Positions 1 through 9,175 of a stretch of 46,443 nucleotides of DNA are shown here, in pieces. How positions within the stretch are numbered: the first letter of the stretch is position 1; each line of letters begins with the position of its first letter. The translations under genes were made by a program, and so were the position numbers. The stretch covers positions 1-46,443 of the forward strand of contig JBBDZP010000010.1 in assembly GCA_040900105.1 (NCBI GenBank). The letters are read 5' to 3'. A model generated the notes under the pieces. The model was not told the origin of the DNA, searched no databases, and saw only the letters and a list, made by a program, of their open reading frames with translations. The stretch is from Candidatus Levyibacteriota bacterium. GTDB taxonomy: Bacteria > Patescibacteriota > Microgenomatia > Levybacterales > UBA12049.

Positions 1-607
1 AGCTTCTCAAAGGGCAAGTTTCGTGTTTGCAGCGGGCGGGACAATACTCGCGCCCATAAAGAATCAATCCCAGTGCAAAATCATGCCAGTCTTTTTTGGA
101 AAGCAATTCCATGAGGTCTTTTTCAATCTTCACAGGGTCGGACCCTTTAGTCAGACCAAAAAGGTTTGATAATCTCTTGACATGAGTATCTACCACTATC
201 CCTTCTGTTTTGCCAAATGCTTCCTGCAAAATTACATTTGCAGTTTTGCGTCCTATGAAGGGAAGCTCTAAAAGTTCCTCCATAGTTTCCGGTAGTTTGC
301 CTTTGTACTTATCCGCAACAATATCCGCAGCGGCTTTAATTGCCTTGGCCTTGCCTTTATAGAAATTAATGCTTTTGATATCGCTTGAAAACTCATCGAT
401 GCTAACTTTTTGATAATCTTCCAGAGTTCGATATTTTTTAAATAGACTATCAGTTACCTTATTTACGCCAACGTCTGTTTGTTGTGCAGAAAGCGCAACT
501 GCAACATAAAGCTCCCACGGGTTTGAATGATTTAATGGAGTGTGTGGATTTGGAAATAATTTCTTAAGAACTTTATAAATCTCTTCTGTCTTTTCTTCTC
601 TTTTCAT
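1..607 (-). CDS. nth: Endonuclease III (HhH-GPD DNA glycosylase/AP lyase); C-terminus cut by window edge
   Basis: Absent from the ORF track because there is no stop inside the window. My translation of the minus strand from the ATG (complement of 605-607) reads MKREEKTEEIYKVLKKLFPNPHTPLNHSNPWELYVAVALSAQQTD... It has the helix-hairpin-helix LPFIGRKTANVIL. The Fe-S Cys cluster begins (YCPARCKHETCPL) at the window edge. Confidence 0.85.
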   Translation of the reverse strand, partial: MKREEKTEEIYKVLKKLFPNPHTPLNHSNPWELYVAVALSAQQTDVGVNKVTDSLFKKYRTLEDYQKVSIDEFSSDIKSINFYKGKAKAIKAAADIVADKYKGKLPETMEELLELPFIGRKTANVILQEAFGKTEGIVVDTHVKRLSNLFGLTKGSDPVKIEKDLMELLSKKDWHDFALGLILYGREYCPARCKHETCPLRS

Positions 608-624
608 TTACGAGTCATTATACT

Positions 625-1140
625 CTAATTTGAGCTTGGTTTGGGAATTTCTGCGGTTTGTTGGTGCGGCCATCCCTCTTCTTCAATTTTATATACATCG
701 GTGATTGGATTTACTTGAAACGTGCGTTTTTTGAAGAAGACAATCTCTCCGTTTTTAATATCAACAGCTATGATTGTATGAGGATGCCAATCATTGCTTG
801 TCTCCGACACGGAATTTCTAATTTTAATTTCTTCAGGCATTTCTGTTCCTTCCCCATTTTTTAGTACTTGCCTTCTTATCGTAATTGTAAAATGGTTATT
901 TCCATTTGTGATAAGTTCAGTTTGGGGTGCCGGATTATTACTTATTGCTAATCCATCAAAATGTGAGCTGAAACAACCCCATAACTTAGAAGCATAGTCA
1001 TTTCTTAAATTTTGTCTTTGCTCTTGTGAAGATGTAGGATTATTGTGTTTTAGAGAAAACTCATCGAAAAGCCTAGGAAAAGATTTTGCGGAATGAATCT
1101 CTGTTTCTGGGGGTCTTGGTCTTTTTGTGTCCTCCGGCAT
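625..1140 (-). CDS. Hypothetical protein, 171 aa, no recognisable family
   Basis: Long ORF ending 18 nt upstream of nth on the same strand. The two opposite-strand ORFs inside it (658-864, 794-997) are short and low-complexity. I see no motifs I can name. Confidence 0.5.
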   Translation of the reverse strand: MPEDTKRPRPPETEIHSAKSFPRLFDEFSLKHNNPTSSQEQRQNLRNDYASKLWGCFSSHFDGLAISNNPAPQTELITNGNNHFTITIRRQVLKNGEGTEMPEEIKIRNSVSETSNDWHPHTIIAVDIKNGEIVFFKKRTFQVNPITDVYKIEEEGWPHQQTAEIPKPSSN

Positions 1141-1272
1141 AAAGACAGGAGTTTAGCAAAGTATCTGTACTAAATCAAGTGCAAGAAGACAATTCTTAGG
1201 GAGAAAAATTAAGTCCAGACTTGCTCATGTTTTTATGAATTCATATTTTAGGACAGCTTCTCAAGTTGGGCA

Positions 1273-1301
1273 TTGACAGAGCTATGTAGGTGTGTTATAA
1301 A
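1273..1301 (+). promoter_or_regulatory. Sigma70-like promoter upstream of rpoB (TTGACA-17 nt-TATAAA with TGT extended -10)
   Basis: TTGACA at 1273-1278, a 17-nt spacer, and TATAAA at 1296-1301 preceded by TGT. Confidence 0.55.
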
Positions 1302-1327
1302 TAATTTACTCTAAACAACCTTAGTTT

Positions 1328-1360
1328 GTAGGGGGTTTCTTAACCCTCTGCATTTTTTTT
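1328..1360 (+). terminator. Intrinsic-terminator-like hairpin plus T8 tract in the rpoB leader (candidate attenuator)
   Basis: A 9-bp stem pairs 1328-1336 (GTAGGGGGT) with 1343-1351 (ACCCTCTGC), including G-U pairs. The loop is TTCTTA. A then TTTTTTTT (1353-1360) follow. It lies between the promoter and the rpoB start. Confidence 0.55.
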
Positions 1361-1386
1361 GTTGAGATACTGCCGCTTCTATTTAT

Positions 1387-4300
1387 TTGCAGATGCCTAA
1401 AGATTTAAAGCTAAAAGAGAATAAAATTAGAAATAACTGGGGAAGAGATTTTGACTTTTTACCCACACTAGATTTACTTGCAGTACAAAAAGAATCTTAT
1501 AAATGGTTTGTTGAAAAAGGAATAGGCGAAGTTATCCAGGAAATATCCCCCATAAACGACTTCACAGAAAAAAATTGGACACTTACTTTTAAAGACTACA
1601 GAATTGGAAAACCAAAGATTACAAAAGAAATGGCTCTTGAAAAAGGTCTTACTTTTGACGCACCTCTTTACGTAAAAGCAACATTGGTTAATAAGAAAAC
1701 CGGCGGAACAATTGACCAGGAAGTCTTTTTAGGAGACATTCCTCAAATGACAGAGCAAGGAACCTTTATAGTTAACGGAATTGAAAGAGCAGTTGTTAAT
1801 CAACTGGTTCGTTCCCCTGGAGTTTTCTTTACGGCAGTTCAGGATAATGTTACAGGAAAAAGTTTATTTGTTGCCGAAATTAGACCGGTTCACGGTTCTT
1901 GGCTTGAATTTTCAACTACAAGACACGATACAATCACAGTCAAAATTGACAGACGCAGAAAGTTTTTGACCTCAACGTTTCTTAGAGCTATTGGAATTTC
2001 TTCAAACAACGACATAAGAGAAAAGTTTAAGGATATTGAAGGCGATGGCGGGACATCCTTTATAGAAAACACACTCTTAAAAGATGAGACAGGCGATTCA
2101 TCTGATGCAATTTTGGAGATTTTTAAGAAAATGCACCCAGGGGAGCCTATTGTGCCTGAAAAAGCAAGAGAAAACTTCTATGGAATGTTCTTCAACAACA
2201 GAAGGTATGACTTGGGTGCCGTTGGAAGATACAAGATGAACAAGAAATTAAAAGATGCTCCGGGATTTGTGCCTTCCGAGGAGAGAGTTTTGACAATAGA
2301 AGATATTGTTGCAACTCTTAAATTCCTTATCCTTCTAGCCCGAGGATTTAATGGAGTTGATGATATTGATAGCTTGGCAAACAGGCGGGTAAGACGTGTC
2401 GGAGAGTTAGTTGCAAGTACTGCTTTTAGGGTTGGGGCACTAAGGCTTGAGAGAAGCGTAAAAGAAAGAATGAGCCTTATCCAGCCCGACCAGCCGGTTT
2501 CAATATCAAATCTTATAAACGCGCGCCCAATTATGGCCTCAATAAATGAGTTCTTTAGGACATCACAGCTATCAGCTATTTTGGACCAGACAAACCCGCT
2601 CTCTGAAATTGATAACTTGAACCGTCTTACAGTTATGGGAACAGGCGGAATTTCAAGAGAAAGAGCAGCCTTTTCTATCCGTGACATAAACAGCTCCCAG
2701 TATGGTAAAATTTGTCCAATCAGAAGCCCCGAAGGACCCAATATTGGACTGGTCACATATATGAGTTTGTACGCAAGAGTAAATGAGCACGGATTTTTGG
2801 AAGCCCCTTATAGAAAGGTAGTCCACAAAAAAGACGGAAGAAAGGCAACAAGCCAAGCGACCGATGAACTGGTTTATATGATGGCTGATGATGAACGGGA
2901 AAAATATATCACTCACGCTGGAGTTTTAGACGAAAAAGATCAGATTACGCAGGACAGAGTTCCTTGCCGCTTTAGAGGAGAGTTTATTGAAATTGATAAA
3001 GACAAGGTTGAGTTTGTAGACATTGCTCCAAGACAAGTTGTTGGAACAGCAGCTTCTCTTATTCCATTTGTATCTCACGACGAAGCAAACAGAGCTCTTA
3101 TGGGAACTCACATGCAGTGCCAAGCAGTTCCTCTTGTAAAGCCCGACAGTCCTATCGTTGGAACAGGAATGGAAAAAGCAGTAGCGGAAGTAATGGGGAG
3201 AGTTATAAGAGCGCCATTTGACGGAAAAGTAGTTTATGCGGACGCAAGAAAAGTTACAGTTAGAGGAAGCAAAAAGGGCGAAGAGGAGACTTACCTTCTT
3301 AATTCTTTCAAGAGAACTTCAAATGCGACGGCTTATACACAAAAAACAGTGGTAAGTTCAGGAGCCAGGGTTGCAGCGGGAGACTTGCTTATTGATGGCC
3401 CTTCTTCAGAAGACGGAGAGCTTGCGCTTGGCAAGAATCTTCTTATTGCATACGCATCTTTAGATGGTCTTGGATATGAAGATGCTATTGTGATTTCAGA
3501 TAAGCTTGTAAAACAGGACTACTTGTCCTCAATTCATATTGAAAAATATGAAGCATCGGTTGTTGAAACAAAGCTTGGTCCTGAAGAAACAACAAGGGAT
3601 ATTCCAAATGTTTCAGAAGATGATCTGGCAAATCTTGATGAAGACGGGATAATTGTAGTCGGATCAGAAGTCGGCCCAGGGGATATTCTAGTTGGAAAAA
3701 TTGCACCAAAAGGTGAGACAGAATTAACAGCGGAAGAAAGACTTTTAAGAGCTATTTTTGGAGAGCAGGCAAGAGAAGTTAGGGATACGTCTCTTAGAAT
3801 GCCAAACGGAGAGCGCGGAACTGTTATTAATGTCCAGATTTTAGACCGCAAAAAGGGAGATGAGCTTGAGCCGGGCGCGCTTCAAAAGATCATAGTTGAA
3901 GTTGCACAATTTAGGCACGTTGTGGTTGGAGATAAGCTTGCAGGACGCCACGGAAACAAAGGTGTTATTTCAAAAATTCTTCCCGAATCTGACATGCCTT
4001 ATCTTTCTGACGGAACACCGGTTGATATCATAATTTCACCAATTTCCGTACTTGCACGTATGAATTTGGGACAACTTCTTGAGGCGCATCTGGGATGGGC
4101 GGCTCAAAAACTTGGGCAAAAAGTTGGAGTGCCGGTTTTTGAAGAAGTTGGAGAAGGAAAAATTGTAGACCTTCTTAAGAAGGCCGGACTTTCAGCTACC
4201 GGAAAAGTGACTTTATATGATGGAAGGACAGGGGAAGCGTATGAAAATCCTGTTGTTGTAGGAATTGAATACGTTATGAAGCTTATCCACATGGTTGAGG

Positions 4301-4815
4301 ACAAAACTCACGCCCGCTCAACCGGCCCATATTCCTTGGTAACTCAGCAGCCATTGGGTGGAAAAGCACAAATGGGAGGTCAAAGACTTGGAGAAATGGA
4401 AGTTTGGGCACTTGAGGCACACAGAGCAAAATACACGCTTCAAGAGATGCTTACAATTAAGTCCGATGACGTTGTAGGACGTGCCAAGGCATTTGAAGCC
4501 ATAGTTAAGGGAACAGATATTCCAACACCAAAAGTTCCTGAATCGTTTAAAGTCTTAATAAAGGAACTTGCGGCGCTGGGTCTTGATGTACTCCCCGTTG
4601 GTGCAACGGTTGTAGCGGAGCCTCTTCTAACAGAGCCATTGCCTGTTGCAATCGCCGAAGAAAAGCTTGAAAAAGCAATACAAGAAGACGCAAAAGAGTT
4701 GAGTCAGGAACTAGGCGCTACAGAAGTTGCGGAAAATGCAGTGGGAACCCAAACGGCAGAGTCAGAGCTTATTGAGGAGTCAAGAGAGCATACAGAAGGA
4801 GAAAATAATGAATAG
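1387..4815 (+). CDS. rpoB: DNA-directed RNA polymerase subunit beta
   Basis: 1142-aa ORF with beta-subunit hallmarks (GTFIVNGIERAVVNQLVRSPGV, GRHGNKGVISKILP, GGQRLGEMEVWALEAH). The start is TTG 1387 or ATG 1393. It has an acidic C-terminal tail of about 70 aa. Confidence 0.97.
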   Translation: MQMPKDLKLKENKIRNNWGRDFDFLPTLDLLAVQKESYKWFVEKGIGEVIQEISPINDFTEKNWTLTFKDYRIGKPKITKEMALEKGLTFDAPLYVKATLVNKKTGGTIDQEVFLGDIPQMTEQGTFIVNGIERAVVNQLVRSPGVFFTAVQDNVTGKSLFVAEIRPVHGSWLEFSTTRHDTITVKIDRRRKFLTSTFLRAIGISSNNDIREKFKDIEGDGGTSFIENTLLKDETGDSSDAILEIFKKMHPGEPIVPEKARENFYGMFFNNRRYDLGAVGRYKMNKKLKDAPGFVPSEERVLTIEDIVATLKFLILLARGFNGVDDIDSLANRRVRRVGELVASTAFRVGALRLERSVKERMSLIQPDQPVSISNLINARPIMASINEFFRTSQLSAILDQTNPLSEIDNLNRLTVMGTGGISRERAAFSIRDINSSQYGKICPIRSPEGPNIGLVTYMSLYARVNEHGFLEAPYRKVVHKKDGRKATSQATDELVYMMADDEREKYITHAGVLDEKDQITQDRVPCRFRGEFIEIDKDKVEFVDIAPRQVVGTAASLIPFVSHDEANRALMGTHMQCQAVPLVKPDSPIVGTGMEKAVAEVMGRVIRAPFDGKVVYADARKVTVRGSKKGEEETYLLNSFKRTSNATAYTQKTVVSSGARVAAGDLLIDGPSSEDGELALGKNLLIAYASLDGLGYEDAIVISDKLVKQDYLSSIHIEKYEASVVETKLGPEETTRDIPNVSEDDLANLDEDGIIVVGSEVGPGDILVGKIAPKGETELTAEERLLRAIFGEQAREVRDTSLRMPNGERGTVINVQILDRKKGDELEPGALQKIIVEVAQFRHVVVGDKLAGRHGNKGVISKILPESDMPYLSDGTPVDIIISPISVLARMNLGQLLEAHLGWAAQKLGQKVGVPVFEEVGEGKIVDLLKKAGLSATGKVTLYDGRTGEAYENPVVVGIEYVMKLIHMVEDKTHARSTGPYSLVTQQPLGGKAQMGGQRLGEMEVWALEAHRAKYTLQEMLTIKSDDVVGRAKAFEAIVKGTDIPTPKVPESFKVLIKELAALGLDVLPVGATVVAEPLLTEPLPVAIAEEKLEKAIQEDAKELSQELGATEVAENAVGTQTAESELIEESREHTEGENNE

Positions 4816-7800
4816 TAACGACGACAAAAAACAAAAAGACATAACAATAGTTGATTTTAACGCACTAAAAATTGTTCTTGCGAATAAAAAAGATATTCTT
4901 AATTGGTCTTATGGTGAGGTTACAAAGCCGGAAACCATCAACTATAGAACCCTAAGGCCTGAAAAAGACGGACTTTTCGATGAAAGAATTTTTGGTCCAA
5001 CCAAGGACTGGGAATGTTATTGTGGAAAGTACAAGAGAATAAGACACAGAGGAGTTATTTGTGACAAATGTGGAGTTGAAGTGACCCTTTCCCGTGTCAG
5101 AAGAGAAAGAATGGGGCATATTGTTTTGTCTTCTCCTGTTTCGCACGTTTGGTTTTCAAAGGGCTCATCTTCTCCCCTTTCTTTGATCTTAGATATTGCG
5201 CAAAAAAGCCTGGAATCCGTAATTTACTATGCTTCCTACATAGTAATTGAAGTTGATGATAAAAAGAAAAAAGAGGCCTTATCCTCATTTGCCAAAAACA
5301 TAGAAGAGCGAAAAAAAATCCAAAAAAATGAGCTAGTCTTTGAAGAAAAGAAAATAAATGAAGAAATAGAAAGGAAAAAGAAAGAAGCATCGCCGTCTAC
5401 CCGCAAGAAAGGCGAGCAAAAAGAACTTATTGACCAGGAACTTGAGCTTATGAAGAGGCAAAAAATTGCAGCGATTTCAGAGAGATTTGCAGCAGAAGAG
5501 AAAAAATTGGATGAAATCTCAGATGCTCTCTCAAGGCTTCTTAAAAGTCTTCAGTTAGGATCGGTTTTATCGGAAGACGAGTACTTCAAAATTCTTGAAT
5601 ACGATATTCCGGTCTTCTTCACAATAAAAACCGGAGCGGAAGGAATTCTAAATCTTTTAGAAAGAGTTGATTTACCCGCAGTCATAATGAAAATAAGAGA
5701 AGAATCAGAGAAATCCAAGGGACAAAAATATCTCAAGCTTATAAAGAGACTAAGGCTCATCGAGTCTATGAGGAAAGCAGAGATTGAGCCTTCATCTATG
5801 ATTATCACAGTCCTTCCTGTTATTCCGCCGGATCTTCGTCCTATGGTGCAACTTGCAGGGGGACGTTTTGCAACATCAGATCTTAATGATTTATATAGAA
5901 GAGTTATTAATAGAAACAATAGGCTTAAGCATTTAATATCCCTTGGTGCACCTGAAATAATTTTAAGAAATGAAAAAAGAATGCTTCAGGAATCTGTTGA
6001 TTCTTTGATTGATGTGTCACAGCGCACGTCTCAAATAGTGTCTTCATCTTTGCGCTCACTTTCCGACATGCTTCGCGGAAAGCAGGGAAGATTTAGACAA
6101 AATTTGCTTGGAAAAAGAGTTGATTACTCGGGAAGGTCGGTTATTGTCGCAGGGCCGCAGCTTAAACTTTCTCAGTGCGGACTTCCAAAGGAAATGGCTC
6201 TTGAGATGTTTAAGCCATTTGTTCTGCGAGAGGTAATTTTGCGTGGATTTGCGCCAAACATAAAATCTGCCAAGAGATTTATTGAAAAAAGACCACCTGA
6301 AGTATTCGATATTTTAGAAGAAATTACAAAGAATCATCCGGTTCTTTTAAATCGTGCGCCAACACTTCATAAGCTGGGTATTCAAGCATTTTATCCGGTT
6401 CTTATTGAAGGAGCTGCGATTCAGCTTCATCCTTGCGTCTGTTCCGGATACAATGCGGATTTTGACGGAGACCAAATGGCTGTGCATATCCCCCTTTCTG
6501 TAAAAGCGCAGGAAGAGGCAGTTGAACTTATGATGCCAAGAAACAATCTGCTGAAGCCTGCGGATGGGGCCCCAATTACTCTTCCAAATAAAGAAATGGC
6601 TGTTGGAGTCTATTACCTTACATCAATGGACGAGTCACTTAGGAAGGAGGAAGCGTCAACTTTCGGTTCTGAAAAAGAAGCAATCTTGGCTCATGCTTTG
6701 GGAAAAATTACACTCCGAGAGCCTATTCAAGCAAAAGTGGGGGACAAAGTTGTCGAGACCACACTTGGCCGCATGCTTTTCAATGAACTTTTGCCGCAGG
6801 ACTTCGCCTTTATAAATGAAAACGTAAAGGCATCCGGTATTAAAAGAATTGTAACGGAGGCTATAAAGACCCAGAGCGCGGAAGAAGTTGAGCTACTGAT
6901 TGACGGAATTAAAAAACTTGGATTTTATGCCGCAATGGTTTCAGGTATTTCCGTATCCGTTTTTGATAACCACATGGTTCCTGAAAAAAATGGATTGATT
7001 AACGTTACCGAGAAAAAGATAAAGGAAATAGAGTCAGAATATCAGCAAGGACTTATCACGAATGATGAGAGAAAGCGTTTGGGAAATGAGGCATGGTTTG
7101 AGACCACCGATAAAATTGCAGATTTAACTTGGGACAATTTAAAAGCGGAAAACGCAATTAAACTTATTATTGATTCAGAAGGTGCGCGTGCAGGAAAAGA
7201 ACAACTGAAACAGCTTTCAGCTATGAGAGGGCTTATCCTTGATCCGCTTGGAAAAATTGTTGAACTTCCTATTAAATCAAACTTTAGAGAAGGCTTGTCA
7301 ATTTTTGAATATGTTGCATCTGCCAGAGGTTCAAGAAAAGGCTTAACAGACTCAGCCTTAAAAACAGCAAATGCAGGATATTTAACAAGAAGGCTCGTTG
7401 ACGTATCCCACGACGTAATTATAAGACAGGATGATTGTGGCTCAACAGGCGGAATTACAGTTCTTAGGAATGAAGAAGAGAGAGAGGCAGCTTTTGCTTT
7501 TAGAATCATGGGAAGATTTGCCGCTTCAAACGTAACTTCTAAAAAATCTAAGAAGGTTATTGTGAAAGCGGGAGGAGAAATTACGGAAGAAAAAGCCAAG
7601 GAAATCGAAGCAGACGACATAAATGAAGTAGTTGTCCGCTCTCCTCTTACATGTAAGCTGGAGTATGGAATTTGTGCAAGATGTTACGGCTGGGATTTTT
7701 CAGTGAAGAGAAAAGTGGAACAGGGGGTGCCTGTGGGAGTTATTGCAGCCCAATCAATTGGAGAGCCTGGAACTCAGCTTACTATGAGAGTAAGGCACTT

Positions 7801-8551
7801 TGGTGGAATTGTAATGAGCGACGTTACCCAAGGTCTTCCACGTGTTGAAGAGTTGTTTGAAATGAGAACTCCAAAGAACTTGTCTCCGATTTCTGAGATC
7901 CCGGGCCGTGTAAAAATTGAAACTACAGAAGACGGCTACATTGTAACTGTAAGAAACAGCAAGATGAAGCCGGCAGACGAAAGAGAATACTTTGTCCCTC
8001 TTGCTTCAGAACTTAATGTTGTTGATGGTGCAGATATTACAGCAGGGACGCCCTTTGCGCAGGGATATTTGGATCCAAAAGAAATCTTAAAGATAAAGGG
8101 ATTAAATGACGCCCAGTTCTATATCTTAAAAGAGGTTCAAAAAGTTTATGAATCCCAGGGTATTGTAATCTCTGATAAGCATTTTGAGGTAATCCTTAGA
8201 AAGATGTCTGATAAGGTTATTGTTGAAACAGTCGGAGATACATCTCTTATCCCCGGAGATTTTATAAGTAAAGCCAGGTTTGAAGAGATTAACGCGGAAG
8301 TATTGTCTCAGGGCGGAGAGCCGGCAACTGCAAGGCAAACAATCCTTGGAATTACAAAATCATCTCTGTTCTCTGATTCATGGCTCTCTGCGGCATCTTT
8401 TCAGGAAACAACAAAAGTATTAACTGAAGCAGCGCTTCAAGGCCAGGAGGATAAGCTCATTGGGCTTAAGGAAAATGTCATCATTGGCCGTCTTATTCCT
8501 GTTGACTCCGGTCAAACCGAGGTTGAAGCTCAAGCCACGAATGAGGTATAA
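4808..8551 (+). CDS. rpoC: DNA-directed RNA polymerase subunit beta'
   Basis: It has the Zn finger CYCGKYKRIRHRGVICDKCGVEV and the catalytic NADFDGDQM. I moved the start from the ORF-track 4727 to ATG 4808 (MNSNDDKK). A GGAG lies upstream, and the start overlaps the rpoB stop by 8 nt. Confidence 0.96.
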   Translation: MNSNDDKKQKDITIVDFNALKIVLANKKDILNWSYGEVTKPETINYRTLRPEKDGLFDERIFGPTKDWECYCGKYKRIRHRGVICDKCGVEVTLSRVRRERMGHIVLSSPVSHVWFSKGSSSPLSLILDIAQKSLESVIYYASYIVIEVDDKKKKEALSSFAKNIEERKKIQKNELVFEEKKINEEIERKKKEASPSTRKKGEQKELIDQELELMKRQKIAAISERFAAEEKKLDEISDALSRLLKSLQLGSVLSEDEYFKILEYDIPVFFTIKTGAEGILNLLERVDLPAVIMKIREESEKSKGQKYLKLIKRLRLIESMRKAEIEPSSMIITVLPVIPPDLRPMVQLAGGRFATSDLNDLYRRVINRNNRLKHLISLGAPEIILRNEKRMLQESVDSLIDVSQRTSQIVSSSLRSLSDMLRGKQGRFRQNLLGKRVDYSGRSVIVAGPQLKLSQCGLPKEMALEMFKPFVLREVILRGFAPNIKSAKRFIEKRPPEVFDILEEITKNHPVLLNRAPTLHKLGIQAFYPVLIEGAAIQLHPCVCSGYNADFDGDQMAVHIPLSVKAQEEAVELMMPRNNLLKPADGAPITLPNKEMAVGVYYLTSMDESLRKEEASTFGSEKEAILAHALGKITLREPIQAKVGDKVVETTLGRMLFNELLPQDFAFINENVKASGIKRIVTEAIKTQSAEEVELLIDGIKKLGFYAAMVSGISVSVFDNHMVPEKNGLINVTEKKIKEIESEYQQGLITNDERKRLGNEAWFETTDKIADLTWDNLKAENAIKLIIDSEGARAGKEQLKQLSAMRGLILDPLGKIVELPIKSNFREGLSIFEYVASARGSRKGLTDSALKTANAGYLTRRLVDVSHDVIIRQDDCGSTGGITVLRNEEEREAAFAFRIMGRFAASNVTSKKSKKVIVKAGGEITEEKAKEIEADDINEVVVRSPLTCKLEYGICARCYGWDFSVKRKVEQGVPVGVIAAQSIGEPGTQLTMRVRHFGGIVMSDVTQGLPRVEELFEMRTPKNLSPISEIPGRVKIETTEDGYIVTVRNSKMKPADEREYFVPLASELNVVDGADITAGTPFAQGYLDPKEILKIKGLNDAQFYILKEVQKVYESQGIVISDKHFEVILRKMSDKVIVETVGDTSLIPGDFISKARFEEINAEVLSQGGEPATARQTILGITKSSLFSDSWLSAASFQETTKVLTEAALQGQEDKLIGLKENVIIGRLIPVDSGQTEVEAQATNEV

Positions 8552-8563
8552 TAGCGAGTACGC

Positions 8564-8628
8564 AATTTCTAATTTCTAATTTCAAATTTCTAATGAGTTT
8601 GAAAATTGAAAATTAAGAATTGAAAATT
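8564..8628. repeat. Two adjacent 7-nt-period tandem arrays: (AATTTCT)x4 at 8564-8594 and (TTGAAAA)x4 at 8599-8628
   Basis: Read directly: aatttct aatttct aatttca aatttct aat / ttgaaaa ttgaaaa ttaagaa ttgaaaa tt. This fills the rpoC-rpsL spacer. Confidence 0.85.
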
Positions 8629-8634
8629 AAATAT

Positions 8635-9150
8635 ATGCCAACGCTATCACAACTTAGCAAAAGAGGAAGAACAAAAAAGGCAAAAAAGATCCGCTCAACT
8701 GCGATGCGGCGCTTTTATAATGCAAAAGAGCAGCGCTATAAGAATTTGGTAGCCCCACACAAGCGTGGAGTTGTAACTTTGGTTAAGACAATGACTCCTA
8801 AAAAACCAAATTCTGCACTTCGTAAAGTTGCTCGAGTTAGACTTTCCAACCGTATGGAAGTCACAGCATATATTCAGGGGGTTGGGCATTCACTCTCAGA
8901 GCACGGAATTGTTCTGGTTCGCGGAGGAAGAGTAAAAGATTTACCCGGTGTTAAATATCACATTGTACGTGGTAAATTTGATTTGCTTGGTGTAGAAGGG
9001 CGAAAAACTTCAAGAAGTAAATATGGAACAAAAAGCGGGGGTGGAGGTGCAGCTGCTCCAAGAGTAGCAGTGGGAACACCATCGGCAAGCTCAGGGCAAG
9101 TGCCTGCGCCAGCAGCTGAGGCACCAACGGAGGCAGCGACTAGTGCCTAG
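8635..9150 (+). CDS. rpsL: 30S ribosomal protein S12 with a ~40-aa Gly/Ala/Pro-rich C-terminal extension
   Basis: S12 core MPTLSQL..., [36 protein letters not shown]. The start is ATG 8635 rather than the ORF-track TTG 8620. The tail reads [38 protein letters not shown]. Confidence 0.95.
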   Translation: MPTLSQLSKRGRTKKAKKIRSTAMRRFYNAKEQRYKNLVAPHKRGVVTLVKTMTPKKPNSALRKVARVRLSNRMEVTAYIQGVGHSLSEHGIVLVRGGRVKDLPGVKYHIVRGKFDLLGVEGRKTSRSKYGTKSGGGGAAAPRVAVGTPSASSGQVPAPAAEAPTEAATSA

Positions 9151-9174
9151 TGGCTAACAACTAGTAGCTAATTT
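9140..9174. repeat. Five 7-nt units (CTAGTGC CTAGTGG CTAACAA CTAGTAG CTAATTT) spanning the rpsL stop and the rpsL-rpsG spacer
   Basis: Read directly from the sequence. The period is exactly 7. Confidence 0.7.
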
Positions 9175-9175
9175 T

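Noticed and set aside
2178-2756. Long antisense ORFs inside conserved genes: 2178-2756 and others in rpoB, 7042-7620 in rpoC, 16873-17400 in tuf, 26450-27079 across rpsE/rplO, 20605-21095 in rplB, and 39140-39628 across recX/GNAT.
   Set aside because: They lie opposite strongly supported genes. They have low-complexity Ser/Pro/Leu-rich composition typical of the reverse frame of coding DNA. They have no motifs and no start context.
4727-4807. N-terminal extensions given by the ORF track for rpoC (4727), rpsL (8620), tuf (16436), rplX (23639), rpsZ (24452), rplF (25084), rplO (26529), infA (30873), rpsK (31936), rpoA (32950) and the helicase (46188).
   Set aside because: The extensions overlap the preceding gene and are not conserved-looking. 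An internal ATG restores the canonical family N-terminus in each case, often with a purine-rich SD upstream.
8564-8628. Possible CRISPR array or other spaced repeat in the rpoC-rpsL spacer and the similar A/T-rich arrays.
   Set aside because: The units are 7 nt and strictly tandem with no spacers. No cas genes are present. They are microsatellite-like arrays, not CRISPR.
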